From: an uncultured delta proteobacterium
GTDB lineage: Bacteria > Bdellovibrionota > FAC87 > UBA2466
Direction: 5' to 3'
Assembly (NCBI GenBank): GCA_963778115.1
Contig: CAVZSV010000004.1
Coordinates: 2,240,001 to 2,304,000 of the forward strand
Length of the DNA stretch: 64,000 nt
The notes beneath the pieces are model-generated. The model saw only the letters and a program-made list of their open reading frames with translations. It made no database searches and was not told where the DNA came from. How positions within the stretch are numbered: the stretch's first letter is position 1; every line of letters starts with the position of its first letter. Positions 1 through 10,533 of this stretch are shown piece after piece. The position numbers and the translations under genes are program-made.

Positions 1-415
1 GTCGCGCCAATTCCAGAATCGCTTTGGGACCGGAAATAGTGAAAGAGGTAACTTTTAGCTTAGTGCCGTCATCCCATTCGACGTCAATGATCTTCGCCCC
101 CGCCTCTTGAGATTTGTCGCAAGAACGGTGATGAAGAGTAATACGCGAGACTTCTGGAGAGGAGAGTCGCCTGTCACCCGTCGGGGTATTTATCACAACA
201 CCCTTCTCATCGTACGCGATGGACGGACTTTCCAGAACTTCGCCGCCTTCCGTTTCGATCTCAAATTTACTCCCATCGACCTCCCGCAATGAAACCCCCG
301 AATCGGATGCGCCAGACAAATCGGATGGTTCATGGTTGACGGCCGTGGGAAGTTCTCCGCGGGCCGGCGCTATCATAAAGGTCAGGATAAAGAAAATGAG
401 TCGGCAGTGTCTCAC
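1..415 (-). CDS. Hypothetical secreted protein (partial, runs off window start)
   Basis: Manual translation from GTG at 415, which overlaps the TGA of the upstream gene (GTGA): MRHCRLIFFILTFMIAPARGELP... open to position 1; signal-peptide-like N-terminus. Missing from the ORF track because it has no stop in the window. Confidence 0.7.
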   Translation of the reverse strand, partial: MRHCRLIFFILTFMIAPARGELPTAVNHEPSDLSGASDSGVSLREVDGSKFEIETEGGEVLESPSIAYDEKGVVINTPTGDRRLSSPEVSRITLHHRSCDKSQEAGAKIIDVEWDDGTKLKVTSFTISGPKAILELAR

Positions 416-2217
416 GGGCTCAACTCCTTGCTTGCTTCCACTGCCCCGTGCTCGTCCGTCTTTTGGTCCATCTTTAACGCTCTATCGGGATCTTCCAGAC
501 CATAAAACCAGACGCACATTGACGCCCTATCGGAGCCCGCCATGAGGCCGCCATTGGGGCTCAAGTAATGGCTGGTCGGGGAAAAACCCCCAGATAGCGA
601 AAGCGCTCCCAATGGGCTGCGATCGCTCGTTCGAGAAACGTGGATACTTCGAATTCCGTTTTTTGGCGTGTCGGCATAAAAAAGGGACCGGTCTTCGTTG
701 GCGATAAAACCTAACTTTCCGACCGATCCGAGTTCGCCGGTGGGCCATTTCAGACTTACCGATGCTCGCCCCGCAGTGATGAGGATCTCCTTCCCTTCAT
801 TAAATTGAACGCCAGTAATGGGCCCATCTAGTTCAGCCTTCTTTGCCGCCTCAGCATCGATAATCGGCATTTGAGCCAACTCGTGCTTCTCGCCCGTAAG
901 CATATTCCACACGATGACTTTTTCGGGCTCATTATAGGCCTTACTCACAACGACGAGTTGGTCGGGATCGGGAGTAAAGGCGGCAAAGGAGACTCGTTCA
1001 CGCCCACTAGGTTCATAGCGTGAGATCGCTTCGGACGAGAGATTTCTTACTATTAGGCTGTTTCCGTCGAGATAGAGAGCCTTTTTTTCATCGGACGATA
1101 TACGGACGGAACTTACCGTCGTGATTCCCGGCGAGAAGCGGGTGGAGAGCGTTACCCTTGGTTTATTTCGATCGGCTAAATCGGCAATTACCAACTTGTT
1201 GGCGACTCGAGCCGCCACTAGACCCGTAGGATTTAAGAGTTGCGGAGTTTTTAGCTCCTTGCTGTCAAATACCTTTGTGAGTTTATCGTGAAAGAGATCC
1301 CAATCAACCACGTCGCCGCTGGCCATCATATTTCGGATGATCCACGGTCCCCGAAAGAAGGAAAAGCTGGGATGTTCAACGAAATCATTTCGGCAAAGAA
1401 GAGGAAGAGAAAGTGGTTTTGAAGGGTCTTCTATTTTTTGATTTGATCTTTCGATGAGACGTCGAATCAATGCCAAGTTATCTCGATAGGTGAGAGCAGT
1501 GTCACTCGCCTTTGATAGCCACGCATCGAGATCTCTCTTTTGCATCTCGCGACCGCCAATCCGAAAGGAAGCCGGAGCTTTCTTCTTGGCAGCCTCAAGC
1601 CATGCTCTTGCTTGGATATCTATCTTTAGACGCCCGAAGAGCTCCGCCCCCGAAAGCAACGTAGGAAAAGAGACATTGTCAGGAAAGGTCTTTTCCAACT
1701 CCAATGGCATTAATTCCAAGGCGGCATCGACGACATCTCCTCGCTCTCGTTTAATGCGAATGGACGTCTCAGTCGCTTCAAGCGCTATTTTCGAGATCGG
1801 ATACTGGCTGGCCACTTCGTGGATCTTCTCGGAATCGCCCTCCACTTTGGCCTTCAAAAACTGGTTTTTAGCTTTGATACCGTATATAAGCTCGTATTGA
1901 TCTCGCGCGGATTGGGGAACGGCTTCAAGTAGCTCTTTGCCAATCAGCCGGGTCGACTTCATGAAGCGATCGCGTTCTGCTTTTGTTATCTCCCCTCGAT
2001 CGTCCTCGGAAATAGCTGGAATTTGGTCCGGCACGTCGAGAAGGCGCCTTTGCACCAAATCAACGAAATCGCTCCATCGCCCTTCCGCTTGTAGTCCTTC
2101 TAAAGTCCTAAAAAGCGGCCTGAGACTGTAATAGGTCACCACTTTCTCCACTTCGGGTGGTTTAGCCGGCAAAGCTAGGCCCCAAACAAGGACGAAAAGA
2201 AGAACGTGACGCTTCAT
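412..2217 (-). CDS. Hypothetical secreted protein, helical N-terminal half and probable WD40-like beta-propeller C-terminal half
   Basis: 601-aa ORF; signal peptide MKRHVLLFVLVWGLALPA; propeller-like motifs (SFAAFTPDPDQL, VIVWNM, YLSPNGGLMAG...CVW); coupled to both neighbours by 4-bp overlaps. Confidence 0.7.
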   Translation of the reverse strand: MKRHVLLFVLVWGLALPAKPPEVEKVVTYYSLRPLFRTLEGLQAEGRWSDFVDLVQRRLLDVPDQIPAISEDDRGEITKAERDRFMKSTRLIGKELLEAVPQSARDQYELIYGIKAKNQFLKAKVEGDSEKIHEVASQYPISKIALEATETSIRIKRERGDVVDAALELMPLELEKTFPDNVSFPTLLSGAELFGRLKIDIQARAWLEAAKKKAPASFRIGGREMQKRDLDAWLSKASDTALTYRDNLALIRRLIERSNQKIEDPSKPLSLPLLCRNDFVEHPSFSFFRGPWIIRNMMASGDVVDWDLFHDKLTKVFDSKELKTPQLLNPTGLVAARVANKLVIADLADRNKPRVTLSTRFSPGITTVSSVRISSDEKKALYLDGNSLIVRNLSSEAISRYEPSGRERVSFAAFTPDPDQLVVVSKAYNEPEKVIVWNMLTGEKHELAQMPIIDAEAAKKAELDGPITGVQFNEGKEILITAGRASVSLKWPTGELGSVGKLGFIANEDRSLFYADTPKNGIRSIHVSRTSDRSPLGALSLSGGFSPTSHYLSPNGGLMAGSDRASMCVWFYGLEDPDRALKMDQKTDEHGAVEASKELSP

Positions 2218-3821
2218 TCTTGTGCCCGGCTGTCGTCAGTGTGGGTGGCCGAAGAGGCTTTTTCTGTGTGCTCCTGGCTTCTCTCTCGATCTTCCCGCCA
2301 AAGCGTCTGACAGATCTGAGGTAGCGAAGCCCCTGTTTCCAGAGCCTTGATTTGCCCCACGTATGGATTTGCTCCAGGGATTGCCGTATTGGGCATGGAG
2401 GGATAGGACTCACTGTGTTCTTGTCGCTGATAGCGATTTTGATCTTCTAAGTTTTCAAGTCCGAACATATCGCCGGTGTTAAGATCGAGCGAGAAACCGA
2501 GGTCGCACTTGGCGTCGGGATTCTCTGGATTTACGAGTTGATTACATTTGAAACAGACGAGAACTTTCCCGTCTCTGGTCTTACAGGAAGAATCGCCATA
2601 AGAAAAAGTAGCGGGTTCGTAGGAATGTTTAACTTGGTAACCAAAAGGGTGATTTGAACCCGAGGTATTAAAATACCTTCCCACTTCATTACTGATCTCG
2701 CCAAGTTTGGATTGGATGAGAAAGTTGATGAATTCTTTGCGATCCGACTCGCTAAGTTCGGGGCTCTCGGCTAACTGTTGATAGCTCTGACTAAATTCGG
2801 CCACCAGTTCTTTCAGACGATCCGGCCCTAATTTGCCGCTGTAGTTAGCGACAATCTTTTCGGCGTGCTCCCGAGCCTTGGGAAGGGCTGCGTTAATATT
2901 TTTATCCACCTGCTCTGCCTTCTTCTTAAGGCTAGCAATTTGCTGTTCGTGGATGTCTATCATTTCCCGGCAGGCCTGTATGATTTGAGGATTTTTAGGC
3001 GTCGCTTGTTCGGTGGGCGTTACCGACTTCACTGGCGCCTCTTTTTTCCACATCGTTTGGCATGCCTCGGGAAGCATCGCCCCCGATTCTAACGATTCAA
3101 TCGCCTGTGTCGCGAGTAGGTAGTAGTTGGAGTAACCATAAGAGGGAGTCATTCCGTACGGCGATGTTTGATAGTAGGGACTTCCCCCCCCGCTGTAAAT
3201 AAATTGAGCTGCTTCAAGTTGCTCCTTATCACTACCGAGCCCGTCGATCTTTCCGCTGAGAAGATCTAAGGTGAATAAGACGTTGGTCCCACTTTCAAGG
3301 TCGAGAGAGGCGTCATAGCAATAAAGCGCCTTCCCCTCGCGTATCTTGCAGTATCCCGACCTTCCTCCGTCTTGGCTACTGAGAGCTAGGACGGGGTGAT
3401 CTTTGAACTTAAGAAATAGCGCGCCGTCGTTCTTCTCCAAATCGCGGACCATTCGGCCAATGCGCAACGAGTAAAGTGCATCAAGCGCGTTCTGAAATTC
3501 TTTTTTTGCACTGTCGTTGGTAATCGTCTTACTGATGTGGTTAGACTCGTCCAAATAGGCTTTTATTTCCGCCTTCAGCTCAGGAGATGCTTCTTGGCGA
3601 TAGCGCTGTGAAGTGGCTTCTAGCGACTTGGCGAGCTCCGGAATCTTTTGGGAACGCTTTTTAACCTCGGCTTTTTGCAATTCGATTTCTACTTTGAGGG
3701 CTTGAACCAGCTTTCGGCAGTCTTCTTCCGTTACGCCCCCAGCCGCTGGAGCCACCGGTTCGTCGGCCCATGCGAGGCAGACACATAATACCGAGAATAC
3801 GATTAAAACTTTGCGCAGCAT
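2214..3821 (-). CDS. Hypothetical secreted protein with two tandem homologous domains
   Basis: 535-aa ORF with signal peptide; repeated motifs CKIREGKALYC/CKTRDGKVLVC, FTLDLLSG/FSLDLNTG, LESGAMLPEACQTMW/LETGASLPQICQTLW. Confidence 0.75.
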   Translation of the reverse strand: MLRKVLIVFSVLCVCLAWADEPVAPAAGGVTEEDCRKLVQALKVEIELQKAEVKKRSQKIPELAKSLEATSQRYRQEASPELKAEIKAYLDESNHISKTITNDSAKKEFQNALDALYSLRIGRMVRDLEKNDGALFLKFKDHPVLALSSQDGGRSGYCKIREGKALYCYDASLDLESGTNVLFTLDLLSGKIDGLGSDKEQLEAAQFIYSGGGSPYYQTSPYGMTPSYGYSNYYLLATQAIESLESGAMLPEACQTMWKKEAPVKSVTPTEQATPKNPQIIQACREMIDIHEQQIASLKKKAEQVDKNINAALPKAREHAEKIVANYSGKLGPDRLKELVAEFSQSYQQLAESPELSESDRKEFINFLIQSKLGEISNEVGRYFNTSGSNHPFGYQVKHSYEPATFSYGDSSCKTRDGKVLVCFKCNQLVNPENPDAKCDLGFSLDLNTGDMFGLENLEDQNRYQRQEHSESYPSMPNTAIPGANPYVGQIKALETGASLPQICQTLWREDRERSQEHTEKASSATHTDDSRAQE

Positions 3822-3863
3822 TTCTTATCCCCCCTTAAGCCAGCCCGAATCTTGGTAGGAGGA

Positions 3864-3879
3864 TGCAAGTCGTGTTCCC
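3864..3879 (-). promoter_or_regulatory. Possible sigma-54 -24/-12 promoter for the 3821 operon
   Basis: Minus strand GGGAACACGACTTGCA: GG-N10-GC with TTGC, about 43 bp before the ATG; the -24 box deviates from TGGCAC. Confidence 0.35.
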
Positions 3880-3977
3880 TAACGCCGTCCCTAGTACTTA
3901 ACCCGTAGTCTTGTTGAGGACTGACAGAATCGTCTGAGAATACGCTGTCTAGATCAAAGACACTCGTCAGATGAGAG

Positions 3978-3992
3978 GGCACCCGGATTCGA
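3978..3992 (-). repeat. 15-bp direct copy of the tRNA-Cys 3' segment (T-loop to acceptor stem)
   Basis: ggcacccggattcga occurs at 3978-3992 and 4078-4092, exactly 100 bp apart. Confidence 0.8.
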
Positions 3993-4073
3993 CCCCCGCG
4001 TCGCTTCGCTATGCGGGGTTTATTGCTTTTCGGTGTAATTCGCTTGTCATGCGTAGCCGTAGGCGAAGCGTGA

Positions 4074-4145
<72 letters not shown>

Positions 4146-4167
4146 ATAAGAAATGACAAGACGCAGT

Positions 4168-4196
4168 TTTATAGCCTTTTTAGCGGGGAGTGGCAA
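4168..4196 (-). promoter_or_regulatory. Sigma-70-type promoter of tRNA-Cys
   Basis: TTGCCA-17 nt-TATAAA on the minus strand, ending 22 bp before the tRNA 5' end. Confidence 0.6.
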
Positions 4197-4397
4197 TTGG
4201 TAAGGCCGAGGTGGTTTAGGGTACCGAGCCCACGGACTGAGGGTCTGCGGTGCGTCGCAAATAGCAGTACCGAGTGACTACTCCTATGCTAAAATAATTA
4301 AGAGATTGGTAATCTACCAATCCCCTGAGCGACTATTATCCAAACACCTTTGCCGATCGCCGGGGCCAATCTGACTCCCAAACCTGGAATCACATTC

Positions 4398-5081
4398 ATG
4401 TCGTCGAAAATGGTCCGCCTTCAAAAGGTGATGAAACTATATGGTCCCGAGCGCTTTGCCTTGCGTAATGTGAGCTTTGATCTCGATAGGGGCGAGTTCG
4501 CTTATGTGACCGGAGTAAACGGAGCGGGAAAGACCACTCTTCTTAAACTACTTTTCGCCATGGAGAAGGCCACCGAAGGCCAGATCTTGGTAAATAACAG
4601 AGATCTTACGGCTCTAGCCCGCTCCAAGGTTTTCCAATATCGAAGAGAAGTGGGCTTTGTCTTTCAGGATTTCAAACTACTGCCGGACCTTAACGTCTAC
4701 GATAACGTAAGTTTGCCGCTGGAGATCCGTAGCATGACACCCAGTGAAGTCGACTACCGAGTGCGAGGAGTGTTGTCGCTGGTGGGACTCTCCGATCGCG
4801 CGAAGGATTTCCCTCTTACCCTTTCGGGAGGAGAGCAGCAAAGGGTAGCGATCGCACGATCGATTATCGGTAAGCCATCTCTGCTCTTAGCCGACGAGCC
4901 CACTGGTAATTTGGATACTCAGACCGCCCGAGACATCATGCAGCTCTTTATGGAAATTCACGACATGGGTACTACGGTTCTTATCGCCACCCATGATGAC
5001 ATGCTTATGAAAGAGGTCCCGGCCCGCGTGATCGAGCTCGAACGCGGACAGATGATTTCCGATCGAGGGGGGGCAGCGTAA
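4398..5081 (+). CDS. ftsE: Cell division ATP-binding protein FtsE
   Basis: Walker A GVNGAGKT, VFQDFKLL, LSGGEQQRVAIAR, LLADEPTGNLD; precedes ftsX; ATG 4398 preferred over TTG 4350. Confidence 0.93.
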   Translation: MSSKMVRLQKVMKLYGPERFALRNVSFDLDRGEFAYVTGVNGAGKTTLLKLLFAMEKATEGQILVNNRDLTALARSKVFQYRREVGFVFQDFKLLPDLNVYDNVSLPLEIRSMTPSEVDYRVRGVLSLVGLSDRAKDFPLTLSGGEQQRVAIARSIIGKPSLLLADEPTGNLDTQTARDIMQLFMEIHDMGTTVLIATHDDMLMKEVPARVIELERGQMISDRGGAA

Positions 5082-5971
5082 TGGCCTATCGAGGAATCAA
5101 ACGTAGCTTTATCGATTTTCAAAGGCATCCCTGGCTGCATATCATCAGTGTTGCTACTATCGCGATGGCCCTTCTAATTTTGGGTGTGTTCTTTCTTGGA
5201 TACCGAAATATGGAAAGTATCGCCGATAAAGCGAAATCCCAAATTACGGCCACTGTCTATTTAAAGGACGGACTTACCGAAGCCCAAGTGACGGAATTGA
5301 AAGAACGGATCTTGTCTCTAGGGATGGTAAAAAATGCGGTTTTCAAAAGTCGGCATTCCGTGATGGAAGAGTTGTCCAGCTTCTTGGGCAGCGGAGTGGG
5401 TGACTCTTTGACCGGAAACGAGATTTTCCCCGATATTTTGGAAGTAGAGGTTCGCAGGGAGGCCTCGATGTCGGACGCTGGAGACGTAAAGACCATGGTT
5501 TCCAAAATGCCGGAAGTGGCCGATGTCGATTTTTCCGAGGACTGGCTAGCTCAATTCAAACACATTCGCCAAATGTTTCAGGTCTTTGGATTTTGCTTAA
5601 CATCGGCAATCCTTATCGGCTGTGGCTTTATCATCGCCAACTTCATGGGAATGCGTCATCAAGCCAGAAAGAATGAAATTGAAATCGTTAGACTTCATGG
5701 GGCAAGCCAACAGTTCGTCATGGCGCCATTTCTATGGGAAGGATTTTTTGAAGGAATCATTGGGGCCTTTATCGCACTGATTTTGCTCTACGTTGCTAAG
5801 ATATTTTTAGGTGCGATGGTCTCTTCCCAGTGGGCCTCGCTCCTGGGGGTTCATCAACTCCTCTATCTCTCTATTGGCCAACTCTTTGCCGTCATCGCTT
5901 TGGGAATTGCCATGGCGTTTTTCGGAAGTTTCACCGTCTTTATTCGGTTCCAAGAGAACGGCTATCGATGA
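5081..5971 (+). CDS. ftsX: Cell division permease FtsX
   Basis: TM - periplasmic domain - 3 TM layout; ARKNEIEIVRLHGA...PFLWEG motif; follows ftsE. Confidence 0.9.
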   Translation: MAYRGIKRSFIDFQRHPWLHIISVATIAMALLILGVFFLGYRNMESIADKAKSQITATVYLKDGLTEAQVTELKERILSLGMVKNAVFKSRHSVMEELSSFLGSGVGDSLTGNEIFPDILEVEVRREASMSDAGDVKTMVSKMPEVADVDFSEDWLAQFKHIRQMFQVFGFCLTSAILIGCGFIIANFMGMRHQARKNEIEIVRLHGASQQFVMAPFLWEGFFEGIIGAFIALILLYVAKIFLGAMVSSQWASLLGVHQLLYLSIGQLFAVIALGIAMAFFGSFTVFIRFQENGYR

Positions 5972-7119
5972 TTCGAATTCTTTTCCTTTCGCTCGTCATC
6001 TCAACTATTGCTGGCGCCTCCACGCGCGTCAATGAAGAGCCAGGATCTGAACGCGCTTCTCAGCTCAAAGCCTACATTCAAAAAGAACAGCCGGCATTTA
6101 AACAGCGGGAAACTCAAAAACACGACCTTCTAGATTCTTTAGATAGCCTTAATGCGGACCAAAACGAGATCCGCAATCGAATTAGCTCCATCCAAGCCAA
6201 TCAGCAGGAGCTCACGATGGCGTCCGAGAATCTAACGCTGGAGTTTCAGAAGCAAAAAAAGATGGAGGCCTTTGAACGCGAAAGGCTCTTATTGCTTCTT
6301 AAAGTCGTCTACAAACTCAAACGAGACGGTCTTTTACGATTTCTGGTTTATGACGAGGGGCTCGGGAAAATGGCGGGCCGGGTCCGTATCCTCTACCGCG
6401 CGTTACGATCTCACACTCAATTGGCCCATGCCCTTCAAGAGCGTGATGAGCGCCTAGCCGAGAGCGAAAAGAAGCTGACGATTGCCAAAGAGCAATTGGC
6501 CGAAGTCTTAAGTGAGTTGGGGGAGCAGCAGACGCTACTCCAAGACTTGCTCACGAAGAAAAAAGAGATTCTGCGGGTATTGAATCGAAAGCAGAATTCT
6601 TACCAGACGGCGCTTAAAGAATATAAACAGATCTCTAGTCAGCTCACCGCACTCTTTGACAATTTTGAGTCTGAGCGAGATTCGCCAAGCTCCAATCTTC
6701 CGCCCCGGGGATCGCTTCCTCTGCCCATCGTTTTGGGGCACATTGTAAAAAGTTTTGGAAAATCGGTAAATCCCCAGTTCGGAACGGTTACCTACCAAAA
6801 AGGGCTTGAGATCGAAGCCGAACAAAATACTCCGGTAACGGCAGTCCTTCCCGGTGTTGTCGAGTTTGACGGCTGGGTGAAAGGTCTTGGAAATGTCGTC
6901 ATCCTTCATCACGGCGGTGGATTTTATTCTTTGAGTGCCCATCTTTTCAAATCGCTAAAACCCCGCGGGAGTCACGTGGAACAAGGGGAAGCCATCGGCA
7001 TGGTGGGCGATACCGGAAACAGCGAAAAACCCAGTCTCTATTTCGAGCTTAGAAACAATAGCAAGGCGATTGACCCGCTTTTGTATTTCTCTCAAAAGGC
7101 GATGGAGCACCTAGGATAG
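5968..7119 (+). CDS. envC: EnvC-like murein hydrolase activator (coiled coil + M23 domain)
   Basis: ATG at 5968 overlaps ftsX stop (ATGA); signal peptide, long coiled coil, degenerate M23 domain (GLGNVVILHHG, IGMVGDTG, LYFELR); ftsEX context. Confidence 0.82.
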   Translation: MIRILFLSLVISTIAGASTRVNEEPGSERASQLKAYIQKEQPAFKQRETQKHDLLDSLDSLNADQNEIRNRISSIQANQQELTMASENLTLEFQKQKKMEAFERERLLLLLKVVYKLKRDGLLRFLVYDEGLGKMAGRVRILYRALRSHTQLAHALQERDERLAESEKKLTIAKEQLAEVLSELGEQQTLLQDLLTKKKEILRVLNRKQNSYQTALKEYKQISSQLTALFDNFESERDSPSSNLPPRGSLPLPIVLGHIVKSFGKSVNPQFGTVTYQKGLEIEAEQNTPVTAVLPGVVEFDGWVKGLGNVVILHHGGGFYSLSAHLFKSLKPRGSHVEQGEAIGMVGDTGNSEKPSLYFELRNNSKAIDPLLYFSQKAMEHLG

Positions 7120-9849
7120 AGAATCGATCAGCTGTTTACTAATTTGGAATTTCTCAAGGGTCGCTTCCGCCAAAGCCTCTTCACAAGCCGACGCAATTCC
7201 TTCCGCATCCAGCCCATGATAATGAAACACTTCCTGAGTCGTTCCCGATTTTGAAGTCTTTCGGACCGCCAAAGTCTTGTGGAGCACTCCTACGATAGAG
7301 CCTATATTATCTAAGAGACCCGGCTCTCCGTCGTGAACGGAAACCACGGGTACTCTCGAACCTTGAACGAAGTACCAGTCTCCTTCGGAGCTAAGCGTTC
7401 GCCCTTTATCCGGACGCACATACAGCTCACCGCTAATGCCTAACCCCTCTTTCAGGTGTTGGTAGTTGTCGTGATAAGCGAAGTTTCCTAAAAGTAAATC
7501 CGAACTCGTGACGACATAGACATTGGCGTAGATTCCTTTTTGTCGAAGGGAATCGGAAGCCTTGATCGCTTCAGTGACTAAAGCCCCCATCGCGAAAAGC
7601 TCAATCACGTTATCACCAGGCGAGTAGTCTTCAAAGCCACGATAATCGATGAGCACGTATCCGCCCTTTAGCGTTTCTTGTCGGATGACTTCTAAAATCT
7701 CTTTCTCTTCTTTCCCTTGGAAGCGCAGTTGCGTTTTGGTCCGGTCCGTAAGTTCTTTCTGGACTAGGCCTTTGGTGACGCAGCGAATGAGGCTAGCTTC
7801 TCGGTCGGAATCGTCTTTGACGAAATGGCGTTTTAGCATATCCGCAAAGATCCATTCCAATTCCCTGGAAAATGCCGGCTCCCATGTCACGCAGTTAGGA
7901 ATTTGAAAATCTGACTTCCAGGAATGCTGAGCCCCTTCGGGAGCTAGCGTAATCCCGGAGGGCGTTCCTAAAGTCGCAAAACTCGAATGCCAGTAAAGAT
8001 TGTAATAGAATTGGTCGTGAGCTCGTTTAATGAAAAAATCGTAAATCGTCATCGAGGGGAAGAGAGGAATTCCCACGAAATGAAAAAACTTTCCGAAAGA
8101 GCCCGCGGCCGACATACAGTTGCCTTCGGCAATCTCAAATCGGATATGACCCGAACGATCCGAAAGCTGTGGAATAACATCGGGCGCCTTTTCATCTTTA
8201 GTCCCGAAAGTCTTTTCGAAATCCTCTTGGCCGACATCTCCAAAGAGTTTGCCGTTCATGTTGGGGCTGGTATTGGTGGAACTTCCCACATCAGGAGCCA
8301 TCGTTAGAAAAAAGCGAGCTACTTTGCCCCACTCCAGATCGTTGGCGGTCTTTTTAGCAGCATCCTTTTCGCCCCCATGGGCCAACCTATCAAGCTTTGC
8401 CGCGATCTGTCCCCACATCCACTGAGTATGGGCTACGGGATTAAATTTAAGCGCATGAATATCAAGATCAGTAGGCCAAGTTACTTCAGAGCGCGCGAAG
8501 TCTAACCACTTCTTCTTTCGTTCGTCGACCTCTGCTAAGATCTTATCAATACCGGTCAAAAGCCATTCTCGCCTTTGCGACAGGTAGGCCTCTTCCTCGG
8601 AAGAGGGTTCGAACCCTTCAAAAGGATGGGTCACATCGGCACCAATACGATCCGCCATCGCTTTTAGTTCGTCGGCTTCAGGAAGCGACGAGTGGTTTCC
8701 CGACATGGCCTGGCAAGCCAAGCGGTATCCTTTGATGGTGTAGGGGACGATAAGACTGGGCCGTTTGGTTTCTGCTTTGGCCGCTTGGAAAGCTTCGACG
8801 AGACTCTCCAAATCATGTCCGGCCAGATTTAAAAAGACTCTTTGTAATTCGTCGTCGTCTAGCTCTCCTATCAAACCTTTTAGTTTCGAGGATTTTTCCA
8901 AAAGAACTTTACGGGTCAGCGTGGCGTTATTGGCTTCAAGGACCGCTTGAAATTCGAAGTCGGTGAAAGATTCATCTAATACCCGTCGCAGCTCCTCTCC
9001 GCCAGGTTGGGCGAAGATGCGCTCTCTTAACTTTCCGTGTTTAAGCTTTATCGCATGCCAGCCATTCGCTTCGGCTACACGAACGATTCGATCTGCATCG
9101 GAGCCTGCGAAAGCCTCTTCATTAAGCACACGCGTTCCATCCAAATTTTGGCGGTTGTAATCTACGATCCAGATCAGATTTCCGAGTTGGCGCTCCCCAG
9201 CATCGGGCATTGCTTCCATCAAAGAGCCTTCCCGAAACTCGGAGTCGCCCATCAAACACCAAAAAGTGGGGCTCTCATTTATCTCAAACCCATGATAGCT
9301 AGCGAACTCATAGGCTAGCGACGTATAAAGAGCATTCACGGGCGGAATGCCTACTGAGCCTGAAGGAAAATAGCGGAACGAATCCGGATCGGCTTCAGCG
9401 TGGTAGGACTGGAAGACCGGCTCTTCCTTCGTGTAGTGGCGAAGGTTTTTCATGGCGGTCTTGCGCTCGTCTTCAGTAAGTTTGCGGTGATCGCTATCTC
9501 GAAAGTTGTGTAGCAAGAAATTTAACGCGTGGTCCATCGGCGAGACGTGAGGCTTACACGCAAAGTAATCTTCTGGGTTACGCATGACCAAATGGATAGC
9601 GGCTAAAATGTGCTGGGAAGAGGCGCAAGCACTAGGATGGCCCCCTACTTTGGGCTCGCCGCGATCGGGGGTCGGACGTTGGTGGTTGGCAATATCGATC
9701 ATCTCTAGAGCCAGGAAAAAAGCACGATCGGTAATCCGGTTCAAGACTTCGTAATCAACGGCTTTTTTCGCCGAGGAGCGCTTGGTACTGGGGGAGCTAG
9801 TGGCGGGAGGCAACGGGGATGTTTTCTTGAGCGGTTCCACGGTTTTCAT
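7111..9849 (-). CDS. aceE: Pyruvate dehydrogenase E1 component (homodimeric AceE type)
   Basis: 912 aa; KVGGHPSACAS, TPP motif GDSEFREG...DYNRQNLD, SGITLAPEGAQH. Confidence 0.85.
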   Translation of the reverse strand: MKTVEPLKKTSPLPPATSSPSTKRSSAKKAVDYEVLNRITDRAFFLALEMIDIANHQRPTPDRGEPKVGGHPSACASSQHILAAIHLVMRNPEDYFACKPHVSPMDHALNFLLHNFRDSDHRKLTEDERKTAMKNLRHYTKEEPVFQSYHAEADPDSFRYFPSGSVGIPPVNALYTSLAYEFASYHGFEINESPTFWCLMGDSEFREGSLMEAMPDAGERQLGNLIWIVDYNRQNLDGTRVLNEEAFAGSDADRIVRVAEANGWHAIKLKHGKLRERIFAQPGGEELRRVLDESFTDFEFQAVLEANNATLTRKVLLEKSSKLKGLIGELDDDELQRVFLNLAGHDLESLVEAFQAAKAETKRPSLIVPYTIKGYRLACQAMSGNHSSLPEADELKAMADRIGADVTHPFEGFEPSSEEEAYLSQRREWLLTGIDKILAEVDERKKKWLDFARSEVTWPTDLDIHALKFNPVAHTQWMWGQIAAKLDRLAHGGEKDAAKKTANDLEWGKVARFFLTMAPDVGSSTNTSPNMNGKLFGDVGQEDFEKTFGTKDEKAPDVIPQLSDRSGHIRFEIAEGNCMSAAGSFGKFFHFVGIPLFPSMTIYDFFIKRAHDQFYYNLYWHSSFATLGTPSGITLAPEGAQHSWKSDFQIPNCVTWEPAFSRELEWIFADMLKRHFVKDDSDREASLIRCVTKGLVQKELTDRTKTQLRFQGKEEKEILEVIRQETLKGGYVLIDYRGFEDYSPGDNVIELFAMGALVTEAIKASDSLRQKGIYANVYVVTSSDLLLGNFAYHDNYQHLKEGLGISGELYVRPDKGRTLSSEGDWYFVQGSRVPVVSVHDGEPGLLDNIGSIVGVLHKTLAVRKTSKSGTTQEVFHYHGLDAEGIASACEEALAEATLEKFQISKQLIDSLS

Positions 9850-9935
9850 AGGTTTGGTAGTGTAGCTGCTTCGGAATTTTCCGCAAGGGTAGTTTTCGTC
9901 GATTTCTCCTGGAAAAATAGGGGGTAATGAGCCCC

Positions 9936-10490
9936 TTATCCCTCGGATGGGGCGTCGGAATCAGGGGAATCCGGTTTGGCCCAGTAACGCTCGTATTCGC
10001 GGTTAAAGCAAAGTTCGCTAAGCCCCTGCATCCGGTCGATGTAGAGCTTGCCCATGAGGTGGTCACATTCGTGCTGGACCACGGTCGCCGCAAAGCCTTC
10101 GGCAACGAGGCTAATCTTTTCTTTTCGCTGGTTTAGAGCCTCTACGGAAATTTTGTTGGGACGAGCCACTTTGCCCCTAAGTCCCGGGAGACTTAAGCAC
10201 CCCTCCCAAAAAGAAGAGGTCTCTTGCGTTAAGGGTTTGATGACGGGATTTATCAATACCTGAACGTGGGGCTCTTCTTTGGGATTGAAGTCCCATAGCA
10301 TGACGACGACCTGGATACTTTCATGAATTTGCGGAGCGGCTAGCCCCCTGCCGTCATATTCAAACATGGTCTCTAACATGTCCTTTAGAAACTCCTGAAA
10401 CTCCGGGGTTCCAATCTTTTCTTCGGGCACGGGTTTGGCCATCTGCCTTAAAACGGGGTGACCCATGACTGCGATTTTTCTAACGGCCAT
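9936..10490 (-). CDS. def: Peptide deformylase
   Basis: GRGLAAPQI, EGCLSLPG, QHECDHL motifs. Confidence 0.97.
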   Translation of the reverse strand: MAVRKIAVMGHPVLRQMAKPVPEEKIGTPEFQEFLKDMLETMFEYDGRGLAAPQIHESIQVVVMLWDFNPKEEPHVQVLINPVIKPLTQETSSFWEGCLSLPGLRGKVARPNKISVEALNQRKEKISLVAEGFAATVVQHECDHLMGKLYIDRMQGLSELCFNREYERYWAKPDSPDSDAPSEG

Positions 10491-10533
10491 CGCTAACGGT
10501 TCTCATAATTGGGGGGTAGTGACAAGAGGGGGG

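Noticed and set aside
4198..4212. 14/15 inverted match to the tRNA-Cys D-arm region (4116-4130) as a leader antisense element
   Set aside because: It lies upstream of the predicted -35 box, so it would not be in the transcript; may be chance.
5830..5967. N-terminal extension of the EnvC-like ORF
   Set aside because: Overlaps ftsX; ATG 5968 gives a proper signal peptide and ATGA coupling.
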